From the NCBI GenBank assembly GCA_965197745.1, contig CBDANS010000006.1, forward strand, positions 32,001-96,000: a DNA stretch of 64,000 nt, written 5' to 3'. This DNA is from Opitutales bacterium. GTDB taxonomy: Bacteria; Verrucomicrobiota; Verrucomicrobiia; Opitutales; PNEW01. The notes below the pieces were generated by a model. The model worked only from the letters and a program-made list of their open reading frames with translations. It was not told where the DNA came from and ran no database searches. How positions within the stretch are numbered: the first letter of the stretch is position 1; each line of letters opens with the position of its first letter. The position numbers and the translations under genes were made by a program. Below, in pieces: positions 20,152-30,120 of the stretch.

Positions 20152-21261
20152 ATGAAACGCAACAGACTATTGTTTTATTTCACACTTTATCTCTTAACTA
20201 ACTCGGCAATGGCTGACCATGCGGCGTTAAGCTTAGATAATGGCAATGCTGGGCCCATTAATACCCTGTCCGCTGTGACTTTACCAAAAGGTCGAAGCGC
20301 GCTGTCAGTGCAAACACAATACATTTTAAACAATGAAATATCTATTGAGGAACTTGAGCGATTTGCCATGGATGATGAAGATATTCACAGCACATCCAGT
20401 CTTCTGAATATCGCTGTCAATGGTGCATACGCCTTCAATGATAAATTATCAGTTGGCTTCTCACTCCCTTACATCGAACGTGGGAATTTAATCGAAACTG
20501 CCCACGGCCATGAGGAAATTGAGGATCACCATGGAGATGAGAATAAAGGAGAACCCCACGAGGGTGAAAGCGATGAAGAACGGGTAATTGCACAGGGTGA
20601 CATCAATGGTATCGGCGATGCGACTTTTTTTGGGCAATATCGTTTTCTCAGCAACGCCGATATGAATATGCACGCCGCTTTAATATTCGGTATTAAAGTC
20701 CCAACCGGTAAAACCAATCGTCGAAATAAGGAAAATGAGCTCTTTGAAACAGAGCACCAACCGGGAACCGGGTCCTGGGATACGGTGTTTGGTTTAGCTT
20801 ACACTAAAAACTGGGGGCATTTAGCAATGAATACCAATATATTATACAGCGCTGTTAGTGATGGATCACAGGATACTAATATTGGCGATGCCTTTTACTA
20901 CAATCTGGCTTTCTCCTATCGGTTTGCTAAAAGCGCTGTCTCCCATCATCACGACTCTGATGAAGCAGGTTTCGATCATGAACACCATGACAATATTGAG
21001 TATATCCCCGATAACTTCAGCAAATACTGGGAAATTATTGTAGAGCTTAATGGCGATTGGCGGGACAAGGTCATGGTCGGCAATGAAGTTGAGAATCACA
21101 CGGGAGGTAACATTGTCTATCTGAATTCCGGATTCCGTTATGGGATTGGACACGGTTGGTCCGCTAACTTTTCTTTAGGTATTCCCGTGGTCGAAAACCT
21201 GAATGGCATACAAAGCGAACCTGATATTCGCTTCTTTGCGGGCATTAACAAAGGGTTTTAG
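20152..21261 (+). CDS. His-rich outer-membrane beta-barrel ('transporter'/MetA-pathway-like family)
   Basis: Signal peptide, GIGD, GIKVPTG, QPGTGSWD and C-terminal Phe; two His/acidic loops. Confidence 0.8.
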   Translation: MKRNRLLFYFTLYLLTNSAMADHAALSLDNGNAGPINTLSAVTLPKGRSALSVQTQYILNNEISIEELERFAMDDEDIHSTSSLLNIAVNGAYAFNDKLSVGFSLPYIERGNLIETAHGHEEIEDHHGDENKGEPHEGESDEERVIAQGDINGIGDATFFGQYRFLSNADMNMHAALIFGIKVPTGKTNRRNKENELFETEHQPGTGSWDTVFGLAYTKNWGHLAMNTNILYSAVSDGSQDTNIGDAFYYNLAFSYRFAKSAVSHHHDSDEAGFDHEHHDNIEYIPDNFSKYWEIIVELNGDWRDKVMVGNEVENHTGGNIVYLNSGFRYGIGHGWSANFSLGIPVVENLNGIQSEPDIRFFAGINKGF

Positions 21262-21313
21262 GGCAATAACCGTGCTATACCTCATCTGAATTATCTAAAG
21301 CGTATTCCCACGT

Positions 21314-21943
21314 TTAATCGAATCCGACAGATTTAATTTTAAACGAACTTTTTTTGAATAAGTCCTTACTAAAGCGGGCAATCTGTAAAATCGCCAGGGG
21401 CGCAAAAAAGTAGACGGTTTGAACTGCACCCGTTTTTTCCTGAGCGGCCTGATGATAGATTACAAGTAGTGCTGCCACATAGGCAAGCCGGTGCAGGCGT
21501 TTCCAACGTTTATAGCGAAGTTTACGAACCGCCCAGTCGGTGCTCGTAGCCGCGAGAATGAGCAGAATTATAAATGCAAGAAGACCCGATAAAATAAACG
21601 GCTTCAGTAAACTCTCAAGGATTTGTGAAAGTATGCCCTCGTAAACAAGATAAAAAAACAGGTGAAAGACCGCGTATACCCAGGCGCTGACCCCGAAAAT
21701 CCGCCGGTGGCGATTAAGGGTAGTCACAATTTTAGACTCGGGGAAAATCGACCGTAATGGGCTTAATGAAAGAACGCTTATAAAAAGCAAAGTTGCCGTT
21801 TTGCCGGCATACTCTAGAAGATACTTTGCGGGATCTGCGAGAAAAGTGGGGTTTTGTGTGAGAATGGGGTAAAGCGATAACAACCCCGGCAGTGCTACCA
21901 ACGTGTAGATAAACAACTTGGAGCGTAAAATCTTAACCATCAT
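21314..21943 (-). CDS. msrQ: Methionine sulfoxide reductase heme membrane subunit
   Basis: RRIFG, YAVFH, LAATS and WKRLHRLAY; downstream of msrP. Confidence 0.9.
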   Translation of the reverse strand: MMVKILRSKLFIYTLVALPGLLSLYPILTQNPTFLADPAKYLLEYAGKTATLLFISVLSLSPLRSIFPESKIVTTLNRHRRIFGVSAWVYAVFHLFFYLVYEGILSQILESLLKPFILSGLLAFIILLILAATSTDWAVRKLRYKRWKRLHRLAYVAALLVIYHQAAQEKTGAVQTVYFFAPLAILQIARFSKDLFKKSSFKIKSVGFD

Positions 21944-21999
21944 CTGCTTCTTAGGGTGATGGAAAGCTTATTAAGTCGGCTTTCGCAAACGAAGAAATA

Positions 22000-22962
22000 C
22001 TAATAAAATTTCTTCAAGTCCAGTCCATGATAAAGAGGGGCAACTTCCTTTTCATACCCGTTAAACTTGAGCGTCTCTTTACGAGCGCTGAAAAAGCCAC
22101 CACCGACAATGCGTTCCGTCGCCTGCGACCAGCGGGGATGGCTCACCTCAGGGTTCACATTCGCATAAAAACCGTACTCTTGAGGTTGCAAATCCTGCCA
22201 TGTGTTCAAGGGCGCTTTACCCGTAAACTCTATACGGACGATTGATTTTATACTTTTAAATCCATATTTCCAGGGGACAATGAGCCGAATGGGGGCCCCG
22301 TTCTGGTTGGGCAACGGCTTGCCATAAAGCCCCGTCCCGAGTAATGCCAATTCATGGGACGCTTCACTGAGGGTAAGGCCTTCCACGTAGGGCCAGTTAA
22401 TGTTTTTCCTTTTTTGTCCCGGGGCTTCTTTAGGATTATAGAATGAGATGAATTTCACGAACTTGGCGCCCTCGATTGGCTGAACCAGCTCGATGAGCTT
22501 ACGCAGGGGAAACCCATCCCAGGGAACAACCATTGACCACGCTTCAACACAGCGCAATCGGTAGACACGCTGTTCAATACCACCCAGTTTCTTTATCAGA
22601 TCATTGACATCCATTTTAATCGGATTCTGCACCAATCCTCGAACTTCCAGGGTCCATGGTTCAGGATTCCACCCATTATTGGCTAAATTTTTAGCCCCCC
22701 CCTTATCGGTGGAAAATTCATAAAAATTATTGTAACTGGTTACCAGATCGAAAGGGGTTAAATCCAAATCTCTAAGGGTATATTTTGAATTCCGCACAGT
22801 GGGAAACCCCGCTGTTGCACCAAGCAGTGAATGGGGTGAAAGCACCGCCCCGGCAAATCCCATGCCTAACGATTTGATAAAGGCACGCCGGTTCCGGTAA
22901 TCGGATTCCGGTGTTACTGCCGATTCCGGCAGTTCCCAGCTTTTTTTTATTTTGATGTACAC
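22000..22962 (-). CDS. msrP: Periplasmic protein-methionine-sulfoxide reductase catalytic subunit
   Basis: Tat RRAFIK, YNNFYEF, LRCVEAWSM, QNGAPIRL, PWKYGFKS and HPRWSQATER. Confidence 0.96.
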   Translation of the reverse strand: MYIKIKKSWELPESAVTPESDYRNRRAFIKSLGMGFAGAVLSPHSLLGATAGFPTVRNSKYTLRDLDLTPFDLVTSYNNFYEFSTDKGGAKNLANNGWNPEPWTLEVRGLVQNPIKMDVNDLIKKLGGIEQRVYRLRCVEAWSMVVPWDGFPLRKLIELVQPIEGAKFVKFISFYNPKEAPGQKRKNINWPYVEGLTLSEASHELALLGTGLYGKPLPNQNGAPIRLIVPWKYGFKSIKSIVRIEFTGKAPLNTWQDLQPQEYGFYANVNPEVSHPRWSQATERIVGGGFFSARKETLKFNGYEKEVAPLYHGLDLKKFY

Positions 22963-23181
22963 TCGATTTATAAATGTTGGCTTGATTCGAATATTATCCT
23001 ATTCTCTTCATAAGAGACTGGTAGATTAAAATTGTTCCCCAATAAAATAAATATGTAATTTGATTAACCAGGCATTGAATTAATCTTATCCTTTATACTG
23101 TCAGTGGTTTTTCCCCTATGAAAAAACTCGCTCCGGTTTCAGGTAAAATATAGTGATAGCTATTCAACACCTCCCATAAAT

Positions 23182-23778
23182 ATGCATCAGGTCGAAATCG
23201 AACCCCGTGAAATGAGTCAAGTGAAATTAGTGCTTGAACAAAAGCGCAATGTCTCACAATTCAGCGGGTTAATAAACATATTCTGGGGTTTGATTGCAGC
23301 CAAATGCGTACTCTCTGAATGGGCCGTGCAGTACTTCAACTGGCCGATATTTTCTATTTATATTTGGATGCCTACCTTACTTTTTGGAATCATAGGGACC
23401 TGGGTATATGCCGGATTCACGCTTAAAAAAATTCATCACCGTCCGCTTACCGGTCAGTTTGTCTCAGCCATATGGGGCGGTTCACTGATGGCTTTGGCTC
23501 TCATTGGTATAGGTGGATGGGGCCTGGGTAAAATCAGTCTTTACGTATTACCCTCAATATTCTCAATTGTCATAGGTATGGGATTCTTTATTCACAGCGT
23601 AATTGATAATCGATTTGTTTTCAAGTTATCGGCATATGGTTGGTGGATTGGTTCTGTATGGCTGTTTTATCAATCCAATCTTAATACGCTTGCCTGGTTC
23701 GCATTTATGATTGTCTTATTTCATGTGCTGCCTGCTGCCTGGCTTTACCTCAGCAATAGCATCCGTAAAACTTCGTAA
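23182..23778 (+). CDS. Hypothetical integral membrane protein (~6 TM)
   Basis: 198-aa hydrophobic ORF. Confidence 0.7.
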   Translation: MHQVEIEPREMSQVKLVLEQKRNVSQFSGLINIFWGLIAAKCVLSEWAVQYFNWPIFSIYIWMPTLLFGIIGTWVYAGFTLKKIHHRPLTGQFVSAIWGGSLMALALIGIGGWGLGKISLYVLPSIFSIVIGMGFFIHSVIDNRFVFKLSAYGWWIGSVWLFYQSNLNTLAWFAFMIVLFHVLPAAWLYLSNSIRKTS

Positions 23779-23813
23779 AATTGATATTTTTTAACCTGGT
23801 TATTTATTAATCA

Positions 23814-24797
23814 ATGAGCGCTGAAATCGTCGTTATCGGTAGTTATAACCAGGACTTAATTTGGACCTGCGAGGAATTTCCCAACCCCGGGGAAACGATT
23901 CTTGGCAGTTTCTCCAGCGGCTTCGGTGGTAAGGGATCCAATCAGGCGGTGGCCGCCGCTCGCACCGGAATATCAACCACTTTCGTCGGTTCAGTGGGCC
24001 GAGACGCGTTTGGCAGGGTGATAAGGGAATTTTATGACCGTGAAGGAATTAATTATCACCTTGAAGAACAGGAAGATACACCCACTGGCACCGCGGGCAT
24101 AATCGTCAATAAGGATGGTCAGAATGAAATAATAGTAGCCCCGGGCGCGAATGAAAAGATGTCACTGGCAGAAATACCCGGGGATCTCATTCGAAAAGCA
24201 CGGGTTGTTATTTGCCAGCTTGAATCCAATAGTGATACTACCTGCAGTGTTCTCAAAATGGCCCGGGATGCCGGCGTGACAACGATACTTAATCCCGCGC
24301 CCATGAGCCCCGATTTTCAAACGGAGTTTATTGAAAATGTTGATATTTTAATTCCCAATGAAATCGAGTTTGTCACGCTCATGAGAACACTCCACCCTGG
24401 AAAGTATGAAACTTTCTCGGAAACAAATATTCATCAATGCTCTGAAGAAGAACTTCACGGTTTATGTCGTAAATTGGGAGTCGAAAATATAATAATTACC
24501 CTTGGTAGTAAGGGTTGCTTCGTATCGATACCCGGTAAATACAGTTTACTCCCGGTCAGCAGTGCTATTAAAGTTATCGATACAACGGGTGCGGGTGACG
24601 CATTCGTCGGTGCTTTTGCCTCGGGGTTTGTTCAATGTGATAAAGACTTTTTTAAAGCTGCAGCCTACGGCAATCTCGTTGCCGGTCTTTCCATTACCAA
24701 GTTGGGCGCGGCCCCATCAATGCCCATTAAAGAAGAGATAATAGCCTCAACCCCTAAAAAATCATTTTCTATCACCTTCATAGGGGATAACCATTAG
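23814..24797 (+). CDS. rbsK: Ribokinase (PfkB family)
   Basis: GSYNQD, GGKGSNQA, NPAP, PNEIE and DTTGAGDAF. Confidence 0.9.
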   Translation: MSAEIVVIGSYNQDLIWTCEEFPNPGETILGSFSSGFGGKGSNQAVAAARTGISTTFVGSVGRDAFGRVIREFYDREGINYHLEEQEDTPTGTAGIIVNKDGQNEIIVAPGANEKMSLAEIPGDLIRKARVVICQLESNSDTTCSVLKMARDAGVTTILNPAPMSPDFQTEFIENVDILIPNEIEFVTLMRTLHPGKYETFSETNIHQCSEEELHGLCRKLGVENIIITLGSKGCFVSIPGKYSLLPVSSAIKVIDTTGAGDAFVGAFASGFVQCDKDFFKAAAYGNLVAGLSITKLGAAPSMPIKEEIIASTPKKSFSITFIGDNH

Positions 24798-26212
24798 TGA
24801 AACATTCAATCCGATTCAAAAAATCAAGACGGAAATTTTTAAGAAATTCTGCCTGTTTTACTGTCGGCTTTTTAGGTCTGCGTCACTTCGCCCTGCCTTC
24901 ACTAAGAGCGCAATCCTACTTAAGCGAAGTGCATGGTTACGGTCCACTCTCAGTTGACCCCCAGAAAATTATCGATCTCCCAAAAGGATTTCACTACACA
25001 GTATTATCCCGCAAGGGAGATATGATGGACGATGGTTTCCGTCTTCCAGGAGCCCCCGACGGCATGGCCGCATTTCCGGGACGAGGAAAAAATACAATCA
25101 TTGTACGTAATCACGAGATAAGCCCTGATCGAACTCTTGATGGCCCTTTTGGCATAGAGAACGAACTTTATGGCAAAATAGATAAAAGCAAAGTTTATGA
25201 TCCCGGCACTGACAAAATACCTGCACTGGGTGGCACGACAACGCTGCACTATAATCATGAAAAACAAAAAGTAGAGAGACAATTTCTCAGTCTCGCCGGC
25301 ACCCTTCGCAATTGCGCGGGGGGTCCCACTCCCTGGGGAACATGGATAACCTGCGAGGAAACCATATTACGCGCGGGAGAATCATTATTGAGGGACCATG
25401 GATTTAATTTTGAAGTGACTCCAACCTGGAAAAAGCAGCTTGCCGACCCTGTTCCACTGAAAGAAATGGGAAGATTTGTCCATGAAGCAGTAGCCGTAGA
25501 TCCTGATAGCGGCATTGTTTTTCAAACAGAAGATAAACACGATGGGCTTATCTACCGCTTCATTCCAAAAGAATATGGAAAACTGATAAAAGGGGGCCGT
25601 CTCCAGGCACTTGCCGTCAAAGGGCAAAAATCACTTGATACCCGCAATTGGCTCACTATCGACAGTCAACCTGTTCCCATGGGTGTTCCTATGGATGTTG
25701 AATGGGTTGATCTCGAAAATATTCTCTCACCCGCCGACGATCTTCGCCACCAGGGATTCGACAAAGGAGCGGCGCGTTTCGCTCGCGGTGAAGGTATGTG
25801 GTATGGGAAAGGTGAGATATATTTTGCCTGCACCAATGGCGGGAAAAAAATGAGCGGTCAAATATGGCGTTATCGTCCCAGTCCGGACGAAGGTAGCCCC
25901 AAAGAAAATATGCACCCGGGTAAACTTGAACTTTATCTCGAACCCAACGACACCCATCTACTTGAAAGCTGCGATAATCTCACGGTGGCTCCCTGGGGTG
26001 ATCTTATCATATGTGAAGATGGACCCAATGAACAATATTTGCGAGGAGTCACCCCTGATGGGAAAATATATACGCTCGCCCATAATAGCTACGCTGGAGA
26101 TTCAGAATTTTGCGGGTCCTGTTTTGCCCCTGACCACCCTACCCTTTTTGTCAATATTCAGAGGCCCGGAATCACACTCGCCATCACCGGACAATGGAAT
26201 GCTAAAGCTTAG
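24797..26212 (+). CDS. PhoX/DUF839 family alkaline phosphatase, Tat-exported
   Basis: SRRKFL, PDGMA, RNHE, NCAGG, TCEE, MGRFVHEA, CDNL and CEDG; GTG start overlaps the rbsK stop. Confidence 0.85.
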   Translation: MKHSIRFKKSRRKFLRNSACFTVGFLGLRHFALPSLRAQSYLSEVHGYGPLSVDPQKIIDLPKGFHYTVLSRKGDMMDDGFRLPGAPDGMAAFPGRGKNTIIVRNHEISPDRTLDGPFGIENELYGKIDKSKVYDPGTDKIPALGGTTTLHYNHEKQKVERQFLSLAGTLRNCAGGPTPWGTWITCEETILRAGESLLRDHGFNFEVTPTWKKQLADPVPLKEMGRFVHEAVAVDPDSGIVFQTEDKHDGLIYRFIPKEYGKLIKGGRLQALAVKGQKSLDTRNWLTIDSQPVPMGVPMDVEWVDLENILSPADDLRHQGFDKGAARFARGEGMWYGKGEIYFACTNGGKKMSGQIWRYRPSPDEGSPKENMHPGKLELYLEPNDTHLLESCDNLTVAPWGDLIICEDGPNEQYLRGVTPDGKIYTLAHNSYAGDSEFCGSCFAPDHPTLFVNIQRPGITLAITGQWNAKA

Positions 26213-26272
26213 TCGGTTCTCTACCTCCAGCGGGGATCAATCATGATCGGACACCAATATTACAGGCATCAT

Positions 26273-29200
26273 TTATGCCGTCGTCATAGCTGACTCCACG
26301 GTCTCAGCCTGCTGTGTGTCAGTGTTAAAGCGCATCGAGAATACATTTGAAATTCCTTTCTCCTGCATCGTGATGCCGTAAATTGAATCAGCGCAGGCAA
26401 TCGTTCTTTTGTTGTGAGTGATAATGAGAAATTGTGAATACTGAGTAAACTGTTGAACCATTTTTACAAAGCGGCCCACATTGGCATCGTCCAGGGGAGC
26501 GTCAAGTTCGTCAAGGAGGCAAAATGGACTGGGCTTAACCATGTAAATGGCGAAAAGGAGCGCGAGCGCGGTTAATGTTTTCTGCCCGCCACTGAGCAGG
26601 GCTAAATTATTCGTGCGCGTTCCGGGTGGCTGTGCAATGATATCAATACCGGATTCCAGAACATCTTCAGTGTCGATCAAAAGGAGGTCTGAATGGCCCC
26701 CGCCAAAGAGGGTGACAAAAGTGTGCTCAAAATTTTTGCGCACCTGTTCAAATGTCAGCTGGAAAAGTTCCTGGGAGGTTTGATTGATATCATCAATTGC
26801 TGCCAGGAGTTGCTCTTTAGAATTCCATAAATCCTCACTTTGCGTTTTTAGAAAATCATAGCGTTCCTTTAATTCTGCATATTCCTCAATGGCCACAAGG
26901 TTGACGGGACCCATGGCATGGAGACGCACCCGTAAATCATTAATTTCTTTTCCAATGGTATCCCAGTCAGGATTTTCGAGAGCTTCGAGATCCTCCGTAG
27001 CCGGTTCGCCACGGGATTCATACGATTCTTCCTCATCCATACTCCCTTCATCAAACTCGACTTTCACGCGTTCGGATAAAGACCCCCCTGCTTCCCATAA
27101 TTCCATTTTCCAATTCACGTCTGTCAATCCAACATCGTACTCGCGCTTTACTTCCTCGATAAGAAAATTCAATTCAGAACGTTGCTCGGCTAATTGTACT
27201 TCCCATTCATTATGATCAACTTCTCTTTGATGAAGCCCTTCCCTGTCCTCCGCCAAACTGTCTTCGAAAGACTTAATTTCGTTCTCGGCCTCCATAAGAA
27301 TTTTATGATCACGGTCCAGTGATTCCATAAGGATTTTGAGCGTTTTATCTAATTCCTCTGATTTAACTTTGGCTTTTTGGGATTCATTTAAAAAACCGGC
27401 GATTTGCTCGTTGAGGGTATCGATTTCCTGTTCTCTTTTAATAACCAGTTGATCAAGTTCCCGGGTCTGATTTTCTATTTCACTAATACCGCGATCAATC
27501 AGTTGAAGACGCTGGCGTTTTTCCGCTAACTCAAGGCGTACTTCCGAGAGTCCCTCGTGCTCTTTATCCTTGCTCGCTCTAACCTTCTGAACCGTCAATT
27601 CCGCTGTCGTAATGTCTTCTCGCTTTTCTTGTATCTCCAGTTCCGCATCGGCCAGATTCTTTCTCGCGAGATTAAGATTCCCTAAAGATTCATCCTTATT
27701 TTGCTCGAGTAAATTAATATCATTTTCCGACTGCCCGATACTCTTTTCATTTTCTTTAATACTTGCTTCTATCCCTTTATTTTGCGCTTCAAGCGTAGAT
27801 ACTTCCTGGGCTACTTCCATAAGAAGATGCTGCTTCTCCTCAATTTCACTTTCATTTTCATCAAGCGTTTTCTGAAGGGAATCTGCGCCTTTACGCAGTC
27901 CGCTTAATCGCTCCCCTATATGGGCTCTATCACCACTAAGTTTTTTAATCTCGGTTTCTCGCTGCAGGTAAGTTTCAGATTGGCCACGACTGTGCCCTCC
28001 ATAGACTAAACCCCGCCGATCAATGAGTTCACCTTTGACTGTCGCTACAAGGAGAAAATTAAAATCGGGATGGCTGTTCCAATAGCTGAGAAATTTCTCG
28101 AGATCGTCGCAAAAGTAGCAATCGGAAAGCATGTTATTCAACATGGATTGTATCTCGGGTTGCTTGCTGCTTACCAATTCATTCGCTGCTCGCAGCCAGG
28201 GGATTGAAGCATCATTCTCGCTTCTCTTTACCGGGGGAACATTGAATTGCAGACAGGCACGTCCAAGTTTTTTATTTTCAAGGACACTTGTCACGGGAAC
28301 AATTCGAGAAGAATCATTCAGGGTAATTGAATCGACTGCGGGCCCAAGGAGCGCTTCTAAAGCAAGTGTGTAGGAGGAATCAATTTTTATGTTTTTAGTC
28401 AACACGCGGTAAGCATCGGCATCGAGGAGATCGTCGAGCTGTCCCTGCATAATAGCTTTTGACCCTTCACTGAAACCTTCAAACTTCTCCTGCAAGTTCT
28501 GCAGAACTCCCAGTTCGGCGGTTAATTGCGCCAAGCCGCGATCCGTTTCCTGAATCTCCATTTGCTTTTCTCGAAATGCATCAAGACTCTTAGTGCGCTC
28601 ATCCTTTAGAATATTCAATTTACTCTCGAGCTCTTCCCGCCGGTTCAGGCGATGTTTGAAAGTCGTTAATATTTCGTTAAGATTAAATTCAAGGACGGAT
28701 CGATTATTCTTCAGTTTATATAAATCATCGCTGAGATTGGCATGCTTAACCTGGTAGGCTTTCAGATCTACCTCAAGTGAGGTACAATTTGACCGCAGGC
28801 GGGTAATACTGCTTTCGGTCATTAGAAGAAGCCGCTTTTTTTCCTCCAAGTCGTTTTCCGCTTCCGCGAGTTCCCCCTGGATGCTCATCAGGGAATTGCT
28901 TTTATCCTGGAAGGACTTATCGGAACTGCCCATAAGATCGAGTTGTTCCTGCTTTTGCCGGGTGTCACCGGCTACTCGAGTGGACAGTGTGTTCTTTTGT
29001 GTCTTTACCTCAGCCAATTCCATTTCGATCTCTGAGATGCGCCCCTTTAAGTCTTCCGCTCTGATAGCGGAAAACTCAGCTTGATTATCCGCCTGCTCCT
29101 TCTCTGATCGAAGATCAAAGACCGATTGCTGGGAATCCTGAAGCTTCTTATAAAGCTCCGTTCTGTTTTGCCGGTGGGATGCAATTTCAGATTCACGGGT

Positions 29201-29989
29201 TTCTATATTTCCCTGTATCGAACGAATTTCATTTTTGAGGGCGCTCGCTTTCTCTTCCAGTTGAGACATATCATCCCTTATTCTCGCATAGCGAAAGGCA
29301 CTGGAAGCGAGGTTGAGATGAGTAAGCCGATGATTAACGCGTTTGTAACGCAAAGCCTTGCCGGCCTGCCGCCGAAGTGAAATAATTTGCCGTGTTACTT
29401 CTTCAATAACGTCGGTGACACGTGCCAGATTAGCATCGACGAGAGCCAGTTTGTTAAATGCCTCCTTGCGCTGAGCTTTATATTTGGATATCCCCGCCGC
29501 TTCTTCGAAAATAGTCCGCCTATCGGCCGGATTTGAAGAGAGTATCTGGTCCACCTGCCCCTGGACCATGAATGAATAGGAAACTTGACCAATTCCGGTA
29601 TCGAGAAAAAGCTGCTGGATATCTTTCAGCCGGCAATGCTTGCCATTAAGATAATAATCACTGGGGCCATCCCGATGGACTCGGCGGGTAATTTCGACTT
29701 CATGATAAGCGGTGCCCAGCTCTTGCTCGCAGTCCGTGAAAAGCAAAGTTACCTCACAAAGATTGACCGCCTTACGGCTTTCGGAGCCCTGAAAAATGAC
29801 CTCCTGCATGAGCCCAGCGCGAAGTGACTTGGCACTCTGCTCACCCAGGACCCATCGAATGGCATCGGCGACATTACTCTTGCCACAACCGTTTGGGCCG
29901 ACAATCGCTGATATGCCCTCGTCCAGATCCAGTCTGGTCCGTTCGGCAAAGCTTTTAAATCCGTTAAGAGTAAGTTCCTTGAGATACAT
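26273..29989 (-). CDS. smc: Chromosome segregation protein SMC
   Basis: GFKSFA, Walker A GPNGCGKSN, hinge GX6GX3GG, LSGGQ, Walker B LLDELDAPLD and coiled coils. Confidence 0.97.
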   Translation of the reverse strand: MYLKELTLNGFKSFAERTRLDLDEGISAIVGPNGCGKSNVADAIRWVLGEQSAKSLRAGLMQEVIFQGSESRKAVNLCEVTLLFTDCEQELGTAYHEVEITRRVHRDGPSDYYLNGKHCRLKDIQQLFLDTGIGQVSYSFMVQGQVDQILSSNPADRRTIFEEAAGISKYKAQRKEAFNKLALVDANLARVTDVIEEVTRQIISLRRQAGKALRYKRVNHRLTHLNLASSAFRYARIRDDMSQLEEKASALKNEIRSIQGNIETRESEIASHRQNRTELYKKLQDSQQSVFDLRSEKEQADNQAEFSAIRAEDLKGRISEIEMELAEVKTQKNTLSTRVAGDTRQKQEQLDLMGSSDKSFQDKSNSLMSIQGELAEAENDLEEKKRLLLMTESSITRLRSNCTSLEVDLKAYQVKHANLSDDLYKLKNNRSVLEFNLNEILTTFKHRLNRREELESKLNILKDERTKSLDAFREKQMEIQETDRGLAQLTAELGVLQNLQEKFEGFSEGSKAIMQGQLDDLLDADAYRVLTKNIKIDSSYTLALEALLGPAVDSITLNDSSRIVPVTSVLENKKLGRACLQFNVPPVKRSENDASIPWLRAANELVSSKQPEIQSMLNNMLSDCYFCDDLEKFLSYWNSHPDFNFLLVATVKGELIDRRGLVYGGHSRGQSETYLQRETEIKKLSGDRAHIGERLSGLRKGADSLQKTLDENESEIEEKQHLLMEVAQEVSTLEAQNKGIEASIKENEKSIGQSENDINLLEQNKDESLGNLNLARKNLADAELEIQEKREDITTAELTVQKVRASKDKEHEGLSEVRLELAEKRQRLQLIDRGISEIENQTRELDQLVIKREQEIDTLNEQIAGFLNESQKAKVKSEELDKTLKILMESLDRDHKILMEAENEIKSFEDSLAEDREGLHQREVDHNEWEVQLAEQRSELNFLIEEVKREYDVGLTDVNWKMELWEAGGSLSERVKVEFDEGSMDEEESYESRGEPATEDLEALENPDWDTIGKEINDLRVRLHAMGPVNLVAIEEYAELKERYDFLKTQSEDLWNSKEQLLAAIDDINQTSQELFQLTFEQVRKNFEHTFVTLFGGGHSDLLLIDTEDVLESGIDIIAQPPGTRTNNLALLSGGQKTLTALALLFAIYMVKPSPFCLLDELDAPLDDANVGRFVKMVQQFTQYSQFLIITHNKRTIACADSIYGITMQEKGISNVFSMRFNTDTQQAETVESAMTTA

Positions 29990-30120
29990 TAATTAATCTC
30001 AAAGAACTTTATAGAAAGCTATAAATCAAAATCGGCAAGATTAAAATGCAGCTACGTGATAATTTACAGGCTTTTCGTTCGTCTGCTCTTGATAAAGAGG
30101 TGCTCTCATCTCGGGCCCAT

